DNA of 64,000 nucleotides from positions 61,504,001 through 61,568,000 of the forward strand of contig NC_043007.1 in assembly GCF_006345805.1 (NCBI RefSeq), in the 5' to 3' direction. The notes under the pieces were generated by a model. The model was not told the DNA's origin, did not search any database, and saw only the letters and a program-made list of their open reading frames with translations. This DNA comes from Octopus sinensis. Its lineage: Eukaryota. Numbering within the stretch: the first letter of the stretch is position 1; each line of letters opens with the position of its first letter. The position numbers and the translations under genes are program-made. Below, one piece after another: positions 1 through 11,800 of the stretch.

Positions 1-565
1 GCTTTACTCTGATCCATGTTGATCAAAGCCCCACCCGCGCCAGCGTCGTTACCCACCCTCTCTATGATGTAGCGCATGAGATGGAGGTTGTCGTGTATCG
101 ACCTGGTCGGCACGGCGCATGTCTGCGTCCCGCCGACCAGCTTGTCCACGACAAGCGCCAATCTCTTGGCTAGCACCTTGGCCAAAATCTTCAACTCTGC
201 ATTGAGCAGAGTGATGGGCCGGAAATTCCCTATAACGTCCCCCTTGTTTGGGTCCTTCTTTAGCAAAGCCACCACCCCTCGACAGACAAAAGCAGGAATT
301 CTCCCGTTTTGCTGCCAGTTGCAGTAGACGTTTGCCAACAGGTCCGCAAACAAGTCTGGCATTGAAAAGTAAAGCTCGTAGGGCAGACCATCCAAACCCG
401 GCGATCTACCTCTCGTGCAACTCTTCATCGCTTCCTGTACTTCCCAGGCAGATATCGGTCCTTCGCAGCACTCTGCCTCGCTGTCCGAGAGTTGCGGCAG
501 TCCGTCCAGGTACACACCGAAGTCTGTACCGTTGGTGTCCGTTCCACCGCTCGTCCCAAAACGGT
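1..565 (-). mobile_element. L1/Tx1-like LINE reverse transcriptase fragment
   Basis: Minus-strand translation NFRPITLLNAELKILAKVLAKRL...QTCAVPTRSIHDNLHLMRYII...GALINMDQSKA matches the early RT motifs of the L1/Tx1 clade; runs off the window edge. Confidence 0.85.
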
Positions 566-647
566 ATTATGGTTGATAATAATATTAATTGTATTAACAA
601 TAGTAGTAATAGTAGTAGTAGTAGTAATAATAATAATAATAATAATA

Positions 648-686
<39 letters not shown>

Positions 687-719
687 GTATTATTAATAAT
701 AATTATAATAATAATAATC

Positions 720-1210
720 GTAGCAATAAAAACTTGGTTTCGATCTCTGAGGAAAATCCCAACAGAATTAAATTTTTGTCTAATAACTCTAAGATCAAGA
801 ATTCTATATACCAGTGTAAAATTTCTTTGGTACCGATGTCTCATTCTATATAGGCGCGTCCACTTCCCAATTATCCATTTAGGGATAGCAGAAAACGCCA
901 CAGGGCTAAGTAAATTAGTTTGGCGTCTTAAAGACAACAATATAGATTTTAAGTTAGATTGGTTCATACTGTCCGTATCTTTTCCTTACGATAAGGGCAA
1001 GAGAGTTTGTAACATTTGCAACTCTGAACTCTTCCATATTCTCTTCTCGAAGAATCCCCTTGTAAACACACTTATGGAGAGATCGTACAAATGTAAACAC
1101 TGGCAGAAACATACATTTTACTCATATAAGTGATTTCGCCAGTCATTATAGTTTGAACAATTAGTTTAACTTGCACTTCACTTCAATAGAGGAATTTTTT
1201 CCTAAGCCTT
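720..1210 (+). mobile_element. Penelope-like element, GIY-YIG endonuclease/C-terminal fragment
   Basis: NSIYQCKI... followed by TGLSKLVWRLKDNNIDFKLDWFIL...YDKGKRVCNICNSELFHIL...KCKHWQK resembles the PLE GIY-YIG C-terminus; frameshifted. Confidence 0.65.
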
Positions 1211-1440
1211 TGAACATTCTTTTAATCAACGTATCCCTCTCTCTCTATTTGTTTCCTAATTACTACCCCTTTAACCCTTCTCCTCCTTCTATCTGCCTTT
1301 GACGTCAAATCTACTAACGGTTTTTTTAAATACTTAATAACGTTCTGTTTATCATTTAGGCAGCCATCGTAAATATTATAATGTCTTATTGTTGAGAGAG
1401 GCTCTCTTTCTTTCCCGATGAGAAGATTGCATCTTACACC

Positions 1441-1484
<44 letters not shown>

Positions 1485-1485
1485 T

Positions 1486-1810
1486 GAGATCCTCTTCGGT
1501 CATGACTGGCCGTGGGATTGCAGCTAGAAAGTTACTCTCCCAGGCACAAGTCCGGGCAAGATTGTTTATGGAAGACCAGCAGTCGCCCATGCATACCGGC
1601 CTCTCCTCTCCACGCCACCAGTGTTATCCAAAGGAAAGGCAACACCAGATACAGCTTGGCACCTGTGACGTCGCAACTCATTTCTACAGCTGAGTAAACT
1701 GGAGCAACGTGAAATAAAGTGTCTTGCTCAAGAGCACAACACGCAGCCCGGTCCGGGATTCGAACTCACAACCTCGTAAGCTCGACGCTCTAACCACTGA
1801 GCCATGCGCC
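1486..1810 (-). mobile_element. tRNA-derived SINE (family A)
   Basis: Minus strand begins GGCGCATGGCTCAGTGGTTAGAGCGTCG...GTTCGAATCCCGG (A/B boxes); same body at 18390, 30845 and 32708. Confidence 0.8.
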
Positions 1811-1849
1811 TTCACACACACACACACACTCACACATACACACACACAC

Positions 1850-1898
<49 letters not shown>

Positions 1899-2471
1899 TG
1901 TTTACTAAGAAAAAGAATTGACTACAATTTTTTCCAATTAGGCATGGCTCTGTGTTTGATGTATTTTAGGAGATTCTTTCACAACCATTCAATTTCTGGT
2001 TCAGTTCCCCTGCACTGAAATGTGTGCAAATGTTTTCTACAAGATATTCGAGCCAACCAATGGTTTTAAGTAAATATCCGTGTTGTGTATGGAAACGAAG
2101 CTTTAAGTGTCTGGACATAGCAACGATGCTTTGTTCAGTTTCTCTGGGTCAAAATATTTGCTTTCAGTGATCTGCAGTAATGATCGATTGACACAGACAA
2201 CATACTTGCCGGCAAATGCTAGGGCAAATTAGACTCTGATCGAAAAGGTTTGTCTAATAGGAGAATGCCGAAACTCACTTTTGTCAGTGATTTGTCTCTG
2301 TGATCATTTCAAAAACTCTTAAACTACTTTGTCTACTGTAAACTGACCTTGCATCGATGTTAAAATCAGTAAACTGAAGCCTGACAAGACATTCCCTTTC
2401 CGTGACCGCGTGTGTACCGTTGGCAATTTTTTTCCTCCGTCTTCCTTTCTTTGGATCTTTCCTTTTCCTAT

Positions 2472-2506
2472 GTTTCTGACGAAGAGCTCCGCTCGAAACG
2501 TTAAAC
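2472..2506 (+). ncRNA. Minimal type I hammerhead ribozyme-like motif (Penelope pLTR type)
   Basis: GTTT-CTGACGA-A-GAGC(TCC)GCTC-GAAA-CGT-T-AAAC: catalytic core, stem II hairpin, palindromic ACGT stem III and 4-bp stem I. Confidence 0.6.
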
Positions 2507-2635
2507 CCTCCTTATTTCCTTCTTTCCTGAGCGTCCAATAATACTATACTTGTTCCACGTCCTCGCGTTGTTGTGTTTTCTCTTTGTGTTTTCATGTTTG
2601 GATTAACTATGTATATATGTATATATATATATAAT

Positions 2636-2692
<57 letters not shown>

Positions 2693-3860
2693 GGCAGAAC
2701 AGTTGTAGTGCTATGGATAGTAGAAAAGTAATTGGGAACGCTGTTCGGATGCCATCACTGCTGTAATCTTTTCCCTTAAGACCTGCTTGACGAATACGTT
2801 TAAGAAGATATTTTTTCCTTCGAAGTCAAGGAAATGAATGATAGTCTACACTGGAATTATTTTGTCTAATACATATACACTGACAAGAAATTTGCATCAG
2901 GGGTACGTGCTAGTCATTGACTGAAAAACCTACTGGGACCTGGTTTTTTTACTAACGATGTCATCAGTCGTCAGTTGTAAAAGATAACGGCTGTCATCTG
3001 ACGTGTCTTTTCGTAGTATATGCCGTGACCTATTCCTCTGTCTCTCTGTCTAGCACTCTCAGGCATACAGTTTGGCCGAAATAGTTAAGAAGTTAGCTTC
3101 TTAAAGAGGAGATTTCGGGCTCGATCCCACTGTGTCGTCTTGGCCAAATGTTTCCTGTCAGAAACCCGTCAGATCCTTACCATGTGGCTTAAATTAGGAA
3201 ACTATATAGAGGCTTGTCGGGAGGATTGTATCTGCAATTCCAAAAGCTACATTCTTGTCATTTGCTCGTGCCATACTGATTCTGCCTGGGAATTACACTA
3301 AGGAGACATGTTTCTCGGGAATACCCAACCACTTAAAGGTTATTTCAGAAGCAGGTTGTTCACCTGATTGGTCAACTGAATCCTCATTATCGAACAATGA
3401 AGACACACCAAACGCACGCACGCAAAATGCACGCACGCACAGAGAAACGCCGTCACAACCAACGCAAACATACACAGATACACATACACATATATGCCCC
3501 CAACCCACATACATACACGCTCATACACCTACACACCTACACCAAGACTAGACATACGTACACATGTCCTACTGCATATAGCAAAATCAACGGTTAACCT
3601 GTACGGAAAGAACCACAGAGGTAGTTGCCACATAAACAATAATAACTGTGACTGCGTTTCAGTCCCCACTAAGAACCGGTTTTCCCAACGTTACACGTCT
3701 GTACCACTTTCCGGTTTGTAACAGCGAACACACTGAATTAAACAAAGAAAGTGATTGACATATTGACATTTAACCCTAGTAAAGATGTGGGAGATGTTGC
3801 GCATTAGAACTTAACAAGTGATCAGTAAAATCTGTTTGGAAAGCATCTTTTAGTTATTAC

Positions 3861-4007
3861 CTGTAATTTTCGGGAGAGGGCATATCGCTTCGGTGCACAC
3901 AACAGCTCCGGTGGACTTGCATGTACAATGATTGCATTTATCAATGGCTATGAACGTTTGGCCAATTACGTATACTTTTCCGTTGTAGTGGCATTCTATT
4001 TTAGTTA
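3861..4007 (-). CDS. Cys-rich repeat exon D13 (3'-most found)
   Basis: tttcttttcag|TA ... ACA G|gtaata; 147 nt. TKIECHYNGKVYVIGQTFIAIDKCNHCTCKSTGAVVCTEAICPLPKIT. Confidence 0.9.
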
Positions 4008-4204
4008 CTGAAAAGAAAAAAAATGTTGTGCACGAATTGAAGACGAAATTGAATATAACAACAAAAATATTGATCAGGTCGGCCTTATACACACACATAC
4101 ACAAATACGCAGAGACACGCACATATACAGATATGATGAGGAGAGCCTTCCATACACACACACACACATATATAGGAGTGGCTGTATGGTAAGAAGCTTG
4201 CTTT

Positions 4205-5498
4205 TCACATGGCAAAGAACAAAGATAAACTTATGGAAAGGGAAATAGCACCACCTAAAAAATGGTTAGAGGAATTTGGAAAGAAGACAGTGGTGTTGAG
4301 GACTTACTCCAAGTCCCTCGACACCATCGTCGTCTTCGAAAAACAAATGATTGAGGAGTTGGCAGAATATATGCCAACTATTAAGTTTATCTCTCGGGGG
4401 ATCAAATATGCAACGGTGTGGTTGCTGTTTGACTTCCCCGAAGAGGCTTGCGAATTCGTGACCCAGTCACTGGAGGGCAAGGAAATTTTGTTTCTTCTCA
4501 CTTGTGGGAAGAAGCTGACGAGGGCTTTGGGTCTGCGGTTTGCCACTCGGAATTGAGTCCGAGTGGATAGAGGATACTATCCGCCAGTGTCTGGGTGACA
4601 GCAGTACCAATCTCCCAAATGTGAACATTCTGCCTGCGGCTGATTGGGAGGGGTCAAAAGCTGTTTTGACCCTATGAACCCAATCAGCAGAAAATCTGGT
4701 TTTTCCAGATGATTTAAGAATGGCCGGGTCTAGGTATCCAGTGATGGTTGAGGGATGCCCCCACCCCAAGTGTCATCTGTGCCTGGAACCGGACCATATA
4801 AAAAAGAACTGCCCTAAGGACTAAAATAAGGTCCTGGAGCATTTGATAAAGATACCACTCTCTGCTCCCTCATTGGAGGGAGAGAAGGAGGATGTCGAGG
4901 ACCTCTTCGAAAAGAGGAAAAGAACGAAAGGTGGCCAACAATGGTTGCCCACCGAAAGATCCGAAGGCTGCGGGAGGGAGGGAGGATCTGCTGGACAAAG
5001 CGGAGGAACCCCACCCTCCCGTGGCTCAAAGGAAAAAAAGAAAAACAAAGAAAAAAAGAAAAACGGGACATTGCCGGCGGTTTGTGACACTCTGCTGGCG
5101 TGTCCCGAAGCACCTTCGGTGGGAGTTGTGCCACCAAAGGTGGACACTGTACATCCCCTTGGTGCCCCAGTTGCATTGTTTCATTGATTTATAATTAACT
5201 TGTATTAGCGGTTTATTGCCTCACAATGGCTTTTTGTGTTGTAAATGTAAGAGCTTTATTGTCTCCTTGATGTTTTACTTTGAAATATGTAAGAGGTTTT
5301 ATTTTGAACTATGTGAGAGGTTTGTTCCCTCAAATATGGTACTTATAAAGAACAATGTGCTCGGGTAAACAGCAATCGGCGGGTGTTGCTGTTGCCCTCA
5401 TTATTATTATATCGTCTATCATTTCATCTCATTATGTCCTTGTTCAGCCCGCACCTTCCTTTCTTTGTAAGGCCTTTCTGGCCAATTTAATAAATAAG
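4205..5498 (+). mobile_element. ORF1-only (HAL1-like) L1-derived retroelement with 13-bp TSD, inserted in a SINE
   Basis: AGAAGCTTGCTTT at 4192-4204 and 5499-5511; ATG at 4209; CCHC knuckle CHLCLEPDHIKKNC at 4771-4812; ends AATTTAATAAATAAG; no RT or EN sequence inside. Confidence 0.7.
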
Positions 5499-5644
5499 AG
5501 AAGCTTGCTTTCCAACCACTAGATTCCAGGTTCAGTCACACTGCATGGCATCTTGGGCAAGTGTCTTCTACTTTAGCCTCGGGTCGACCAAAAATTTGTG
5601 AATGGATTTTGTAGAAAGAAATTGAAAGTCCGTCGTATTTGAAT

Positions 5645-5706
<62 letters not shown>

Positions 5707-5802
5707 TTTAAAATAGGATAAAATCTTTATAAGAAAGTATCAAGTAGTTAGCGTGAAAAACCTCGTAAGAGAAAAATCTGTAAATTTTTTCAACTTTGAA
5801 AA

Positions 5803-6318
5803 TACTTATTTATATTATATAGAGGGTACTATTATTCATAGGTAACGCACGCTAGGAGGGACTTTTACAGTCAAAACTACTAAAATTCGGTACAATTTGT
5901 TTATTTTAGTAGTTTTGACTGTAAAAGTCCCTCCTAGCGTGCGGTACCTATGAATATTTTGTTCTGAGTAGGCAAGTTGTTACCGAAATACATTGCGAAA
6001 AAGCCCGCCATTTTCATAGATATGTAAAGATAAACATTCGTACATGCTGCGGCGAATTCTACGGTTGGTTGTCGGGTATGTGATGTTGTGTTTTTTCTTA
6101 CATGTCTTGAGTTCGTTGCACTGAAGAGCATAGAATGCATATTCTGCATTGATTGCGAAATCACAGGTGATATGTAACTAAATTTTGTTTTTAAATGACT
6201 CGCTTTGACGTTTTGCATTCGGTACAATTTGTTTATTTTAGTAGTTTTGACTGTAAAAGTCCCTCCTAGCGTGCGGTACCTATGAATAATAGTAGCCTCT
6301 ATATAATATAAATAAGTA
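5803..6318. mobile_element. MITE-like element with about 84-bp terminal inverted repeats and an internal duplicated arm
   Basis: 5803-5886 is the reverse complement of 6235-6318; 5885-5956 is directly repeated at 6217-6288. Confidence 0.7.
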
Positions 6319-6320
6319 CC

Positions 6321-6382
<62 letters not shown>

Positions 6383-6609
6383 TGTGTGTCTGTGTTTTTC
6401 CCACATCACCATTTGACAACCAGTGTCGGTGTGTTTATGTCTCCTTAACTTAGCGGTTCGGCAAAGAAACCGATAGAATATATACCACACTTAAAGCATA
6501 AGTACTGGGATCGATTCCTTCGACTAAAAATTCAAAGCAGTGCCCCAGCATGGCTGCAGTCTAATGACTGGGACAGGTAAAAAATGAAAGATAAAAGATA
6601 AATATATAT

Positions 6610-6820
6610 GGGAGAGGGTGCTGAAATGTTCCTGGCTTCAAGGGTATTTCGAAAGTCCTGGCTGGAGGCCACACCTTCCGAGCCCTTTTACACATAAAAA
6701 TTGAAGGTTAGTTGCATTAAGTGTGTTAATGTGAGAGTGGAATATGTTGAATAAAATTATAATTAACTGATTCTTTTACTTCTTTTAAGCCAGGAACTGT
6801 TCGGTCCCAGCTTCTTATAT
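6610..6820. mobile_element. mariner-type MITE
   Basis: Imperfect TIRs GAGGGTGCTGAAATGTTCCTGGCT / AGCCAGGAACTGTTCGGTCCC in a TA-rich context. Confidence 0.5.
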
Positions 6821-7039
6821 ATATACACATATAGTTAATATACCGTGATGCCTGGAGTGTGCATTTAGTAAGAAAAGACAGACTTCAAGCCTGTTTAAAA
6901 TTAGGCTTGGCTATGTGGTAAAGGATTTTACTTCTCAACCGCGTACTTTCTAATCCATTTCCACGGCACGCCGCTGTGGACAAGTGTTTTCTACTATATA
7001 GAATGACGTTTTAAGCTAAAACGAAAGAGTTCATGCAGA

Positions 7040-7420
7040 AAAATGTTGGCAACTGGAGGCGTTGCACAAAAATCTGCAGAGAAAGCATCCATTATTGGTC
7101 AATCATGAAGTAGTGTTGCTCTTACAGGACAATGCAAAGCCATATATTTTCCCAAGACATTCAGGAAAAGATTATGGACCTAAAAATGGAAGTTTTGCCT
7201 CATTCTCCTTATACTCCTGACTTTTCCCCATGTGACTGTCATCTTTTCAGATCATTAAAATATTGTTTAGAAGGTAAGCAGTTTATTAAGAAAAATGATA
7301 TTCAGTGTTTCTTTGCTTCGAAACCTGGAGAATTTTATGGCTGATAGTTTACCAACTTGCTAAATAGATTAGGTTTTCAATAATGAGGGGAAATGTATTT
7401 ACCTTGATTAAATACATTAA
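7040..7420 (+). mobile_element. mariner transposase C-terminal fragment
   Basis: LLQDNAKP...EVLPHSPYTPDFSPCDCHLFRSLK corresponds to the mariner HDNA and YSPDLAP.D motifs. Confidence 0.85.
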
Positions 7421-8031
7421 TATTAACCAAAAAAGCATTTGTTTCTTTCACTTTTTGAAATCCATTGGGTCTTTCTTTCTAATGTAATATAACATGATAT
7501 ATATATATATATATATATATCAGTATATCTCTTATATAAAATAGACCTCTGTGTGTGTATTCGCTTTTCACGCGAAAACAGCTGCACGAATTGCTTCCGT
7601 ACTTGTGATGCAGGAATAATTTGACCTCGGATACATAAGGTCTTCAATTTTATTTTTTGTATTTAAAATAAATAATATTGCCTTATATATATATGATTCT
7701 CTTTAAAAAGATTTCTCAATGTCAACTTCTGGTATTGACGTAGCAACGGCGAAATTTTCCGTTTTCATTTGTATACGTTTATTATGTGTATGTGTGAAAG
7801 AGAGAGAGAGAGACAGAGAGAGAGAGAGTAAGTAAAGAGGTGTGTTGTCACGTATACGTACATACATAAATACATATGCACACATCTTTTTGTATGTGTG
7901 CATATTTTTTTAACGTAACTCATTTATTCTTTTAATCCCCATTTAATCTCTCACACACATACATCCACTTCATCCAATGTTTGATATTGTATGTATGTAT
8001 GTATGTATGTATGTATGTATGTATGTATGTA

Positions 8032-8070
<39 letters not shown>

Positions 8071-8194
8071 GCATGCGTGTGGCGTTTCACAATCGCCATT
8101 TATGTCAATCGCTCTTGTGAATTTTTTTAACGTAACTCATTTATTCTTTTAATCCCCATTTTAATTTTCCAAGAACAATGTTCTCATTCTCTAC

Positions 8195-9200
8195 AAGAGG
8201 GAGACGTGGTAGTTATAGATGGTCAGTATTCTACAGTGAAGCGAAGACGAGTACAGGTAGCCAGAGTCAGTGTTGAATTCTGCAACTCTGTTAAGTATGT
8301 TTGCAAATATATAAACAAAACTTTAGATGCTGCAACATACACTCTTATGCAGAATGGCAGTCAGTAGATAGATAAAAATGACGAAGTTGCACAGTATGAC
8401 AGAGAAAGATACATCAGTACCAATGAGGCTTTTTGGAGCATCTTCAATTTTCCCATTCATGAGAAGCACCCAACCATCATTCATTTAAGTGTCCATCAAG
8501 AGAATGGCTACAGGGTTAACTTTACAAAACAAACAGCCTTACAACAAGCACTTTCTGCAAAAGAAACTACCCTTACTGCCTTTTTTAAGTCGTGTCAAGT
8601 AGATGAAGATGCAAGAAAACTCCTTCACCCAAAATTACCCAAGTATTGCACCTGGAGAAACAATAAATGGTACAAGAGGGAACGTGGGGCTGACGATCTT
8701 GCAAGAGTTTACAGTGTCCACTCAAGCCAAGCAGAATGCTACTACTTACGGCTCCTTTTGCATGAAGAACGTGGTCCACAATCACTCCAAGATACGAGGA
8801 AGGTAAATGGTCAGCAAAGTGTTTTAGAAAATGGTGAGCATCAGGGCCTTGCATTGACTGAAGAATCAATATCAGATTCTCAAAGGAAACTCAGTAACCT
8901 TTTTGCAGTTATACTGAACATGTATCAACTTAGCAGTCCCCTACAGCTTTGGATGAAACATTGAAACATCATGAGGACATGGCTGATGATTTAAAGTATG
9001 CAGTTCAACAGGCACACCTAGATATCAATATTCGTTCTCTGAAACAATTTTTAACCAAGCACTGATTGAAATTGAGCATCAAGTTTTGGCCATGGGAGGC
9101 AAAGATTTGCAAGTGTCTGGCTCTGGACTGCCAAAAACAAACGATCAAATTCGTGATTTAATTTCAAGAGACATAGTAAGCGAGACAAATTATGACATCA
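8195..9200 (+). mobile_element. Helitron RepHel fragment
   Basis: VKYVCKYINK; RYISTNEAFWSIFNFPIHEKHP; ETTLTAFF; LARVYSVHSSQAECYYLRLLLHEERGPQS; multiple frameshifts. Confidence 0.85.
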
Positions 9201-9558
9201 CATAGCTGGCAGCATTTGTATATACAGACACTTACCCATACTCTCACTCATACACGTATAGACGTCCATCTGCATATAGCAAAATCAACGGCCAGCCTGT
9301 ACGGAAAGTACCATACAAGTTGTTGCCACATAAACAATAATAACTGTGACTACGTCTCAGTCCCCACTAAGAACCGGTTTTCCCAACGTTACACGTCTGT
9401 ACCACTTTCCGGTTTGTAACAGCGAACACACTGAATTAAACAAAGAAAGTGATTGACATATTGACATTTAACCCTAGTAAAGATGTGGGAGATGTTGCGC
9501 ATTAGAACTTAACAAGTGATCAGTAAAATCTGTTTGGAAAGCATCTTTTAATTATTAC

Positions 9559-9702
9559 CTGTAATTTTTGTGATAGGGCATATCTCTTCGGTGCACACAA
9601 CATCTCCACTAGCCTTGCATGTGCACTGATTGCATCTATCTATCGCTTCGAACGTTTGGCCAATTATGTATATTTTTCCGTTGTAGTGACATGGCATTCT
9701 TA
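9559..9702 (-). CDS. Cys-rich repeat exon D12
   Basis: ttccttttcag|TA ... ACA G|gtaata; 144 nt. RMPCHYNGKIYIIGQTFEAIDRCNQCTCKASGDVVCTEEICPITKIT. Confidence 0.9.
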
Positions 9703-9864
9703 CTGAAAAGGAAAGAAAAATGTTGTGCACGAATTCAAGATGAAAATGAAGCTCTCTCACTCAAAGAACATAGGTACAAAGACTTTGATCAGCTTGACTT
9801 TACACATACAAAACTACAAAAATACTCATAGCCAAACACACATATATGTATGTGACGATGAGAG

Positions 9865-9908
<44 letters not shown>

Positions 9909-10447
9909 CCTTGTTCCCTTTTTTTTTCTTCATCTGTCCCTCTTTTCCTCCCTCTTCTCCTCACACGTGACTAACTGACCTTTTCGTGGTCAGCAGCCGT
10001 CGAGGCTAGACACATTTTTTCTCTCTCTGCCCCAAGGCATTTTTCTAATGCGCCAGCTCAAGTTCACCCGTCCTGTCGAAAAGACGTCTGTCTGTGACGT
10101 CCTGTTTTTGTTATTATTATTTATTACTATCATTATTGTTTTTATGTTTTTTCGTATTCTTATTCGTGTTATCATTATTGTTTTTACGTATTTTTGTATT
10201 CTTAGTCGTGTAACATCGTCCTTTTTCCCGTCTTTGTTTTGTATACATTCGAGGCTTTCTTCCAAGGAATCTAATGCGCTTGGCTTAGATTTTCCTTTGG
10301 GGCTGGCCAGGTCGGAGCAATCTCAAGATTAATCAGCCGAAATTGCGAGGATGTTCTGGTTCTTGACTGAAGATTGAAGGCTTCGAATGTCCCGTCCGTG
10401 TTTTTTGTATCGTCTTCTAAATGTTTTGCGTTCTTGTCCCAGTTTGT

Positions 10448-10589
10448 ATATCAGGGTAATAAAGATTTTAGAAATTTCTACTACCTGTGGCCTAGCGTGT
10501 AGAAAAATTAGTCAATAGACTATATATTATTCGTATAAATACACTGTACAGGTAGTAAAAAAAATTTTAAATCTTTATTACCCTGATAT
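10448..10589. repeat. Short inverted repeat (about 42-bp arms), MITE-like
   Basis: ATATCAGGGTAATAAAGATTT...TACTACCTGT at 10448-10488 is mirrored at 10548-10589. Confidence 0.6.
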
Positions 10590-11009
10590 TATTAGTTATT
10601 GATAATTTTTCCTGGAAAATTTTTCAAAGAAATGCCGTTATTTTTTTGCTGCCGACAAAAAACTGCGCCCGTGCGGTGGATTTGAAAAATTATAATGTAT
10701 AAGCAAGAGGCACATGCTGGATTTGCCTCGTACTTATATGTTTAATCTACGCGTATCTGTTGATGAAGACTTTCCCCTAGCAAATTATTTTATTTGCTAA
10801 AAAGAGTCTGAAACCATGGTCCAGGAAATAGATGGTAAATGTTTTTATTTTTCATTCCCTTCGAGTTTTTATCTATAATATTGGTTTGGACTTTAGCTGT
10901 TCCTTCTAGCGTCAATGGAATCCTATGACGGATACCTCTTATGTGTTTAAATGTACACTGTATTTATATGAATAATACACACACATATATATATATATAC
11001 ACACACATA

Positions 11010-11254
11010 CAGTCGGGTGCAAAAGTAGGTATACAGTATCACATCAATGTTATAATATTTAATGCATTAAAATTATTAGCACATCAAATTAGTTAGCGTC
11101 ATTTTCGACTTTTTCAGTGTCATTATTCATAATAATACATTTATCATAAGTGTAATAATACTTTTATGGTAACTTTTAATTTTTTTGATAAAAATAAATG
11201 AGTAATGTACATGTTATCTTTTTTCATAACTGTATACCTAATTTTGCACCACCC

Positions 11255-11256
<2 letters not shown>
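11010..11256. mobile_element. Tc1/mariner-type MITE
   Basis: 28-bp TIRs CAGTCGGGTGCAAAAGTAGGTATACAGT / ACTGTATACCTAATTTTGCACCACCCTG; left end preceded by TA. Confidence 0.75.
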
Positions 11257-11325
<69 letters not shown>

Positions 11326-11429
11326 ACATATATATATATAAACAATTGCAGCATGGAAGGTGTTTATAAGCCATTTAAAAACACAAAAACCGCCAGAATC
11401 ACTTCAACATTTTAATTTAATTTACCAAA

Positions 11430-11800
11430 ACATGCAAACCCACATGTGAACTGCAAAACGAAGAGCATTGTATACCAGATTAAGTGCCAAGAAGGAGCTT
11501 GCGCGATTATCCCAGGGTCATATATTGGTGAGACTTCTGGGAGCATCAATGATAAGTTCAAAGAACATCTGGACAACTACATTGAAAAGAAACCAAACTC
11601 CATCTTTTATCAGCATGCTGTAGACTGCCGCAAGGGCTCCTTAGGGAGTTAAACATCTTATCTACACATCCCACTGATGCAATGCTGACACAAGTCACTG
11701 AAGCTGTCCGTATACAAGAATACAAACCCACTCTCATCTGTAAATCCGAATGGAGTAACACTCAGATTCCACCCAGGAGTACCCCTCTATAACCACCCCT
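11430..11800 (+). mobile_element. Penelope-like GIY-YIG endonuclease fragment
   Basis: NCKTKSIVYQIKC...SYIGETSGSINDKFKEH...IFYQHA. Confidence 0.75.

Larger units (their letters stand above)
4175..6600 (+). mobile_element. tRNA-derived SINE (family B) split by nested insertions
   Basis: Head at 4175-4204, continuation at 5499-5640, tail at about 6380-6600; collinear with the intact copy at 28663-29060. Confidence 0.7.

Noticed and set aside
425-1133. Long poly-I/poly-N/poly-L ORFs here and at 14007-14693, 21408-22281, 32433-32746 and 54225-54548
   Set aside because: They are translations of (AAT)n/(TAG)n microsatellites, not genes.
1760-1810. tRNA-like sequences here and at 18660-18719 and 28663-28730
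   Set aside because: They are SINE heads with A/B boxes attached to SINE bodies; no complete cloverleaf.
3293-3376. Possible terminal exon (cag|TT GAC CAA ... HVSLV*), phase-compatible with D13
   Set aside because: No polypyrimidine tract, it abuts a (CA)-type repeat, and there is no homology support.
7895-8165. About 40-bp direct repeat flanking a (TATG)n/(TG)n tract
   Set aside because: Consistent with ordinary local duplication near a microsatellite; no functional signal.
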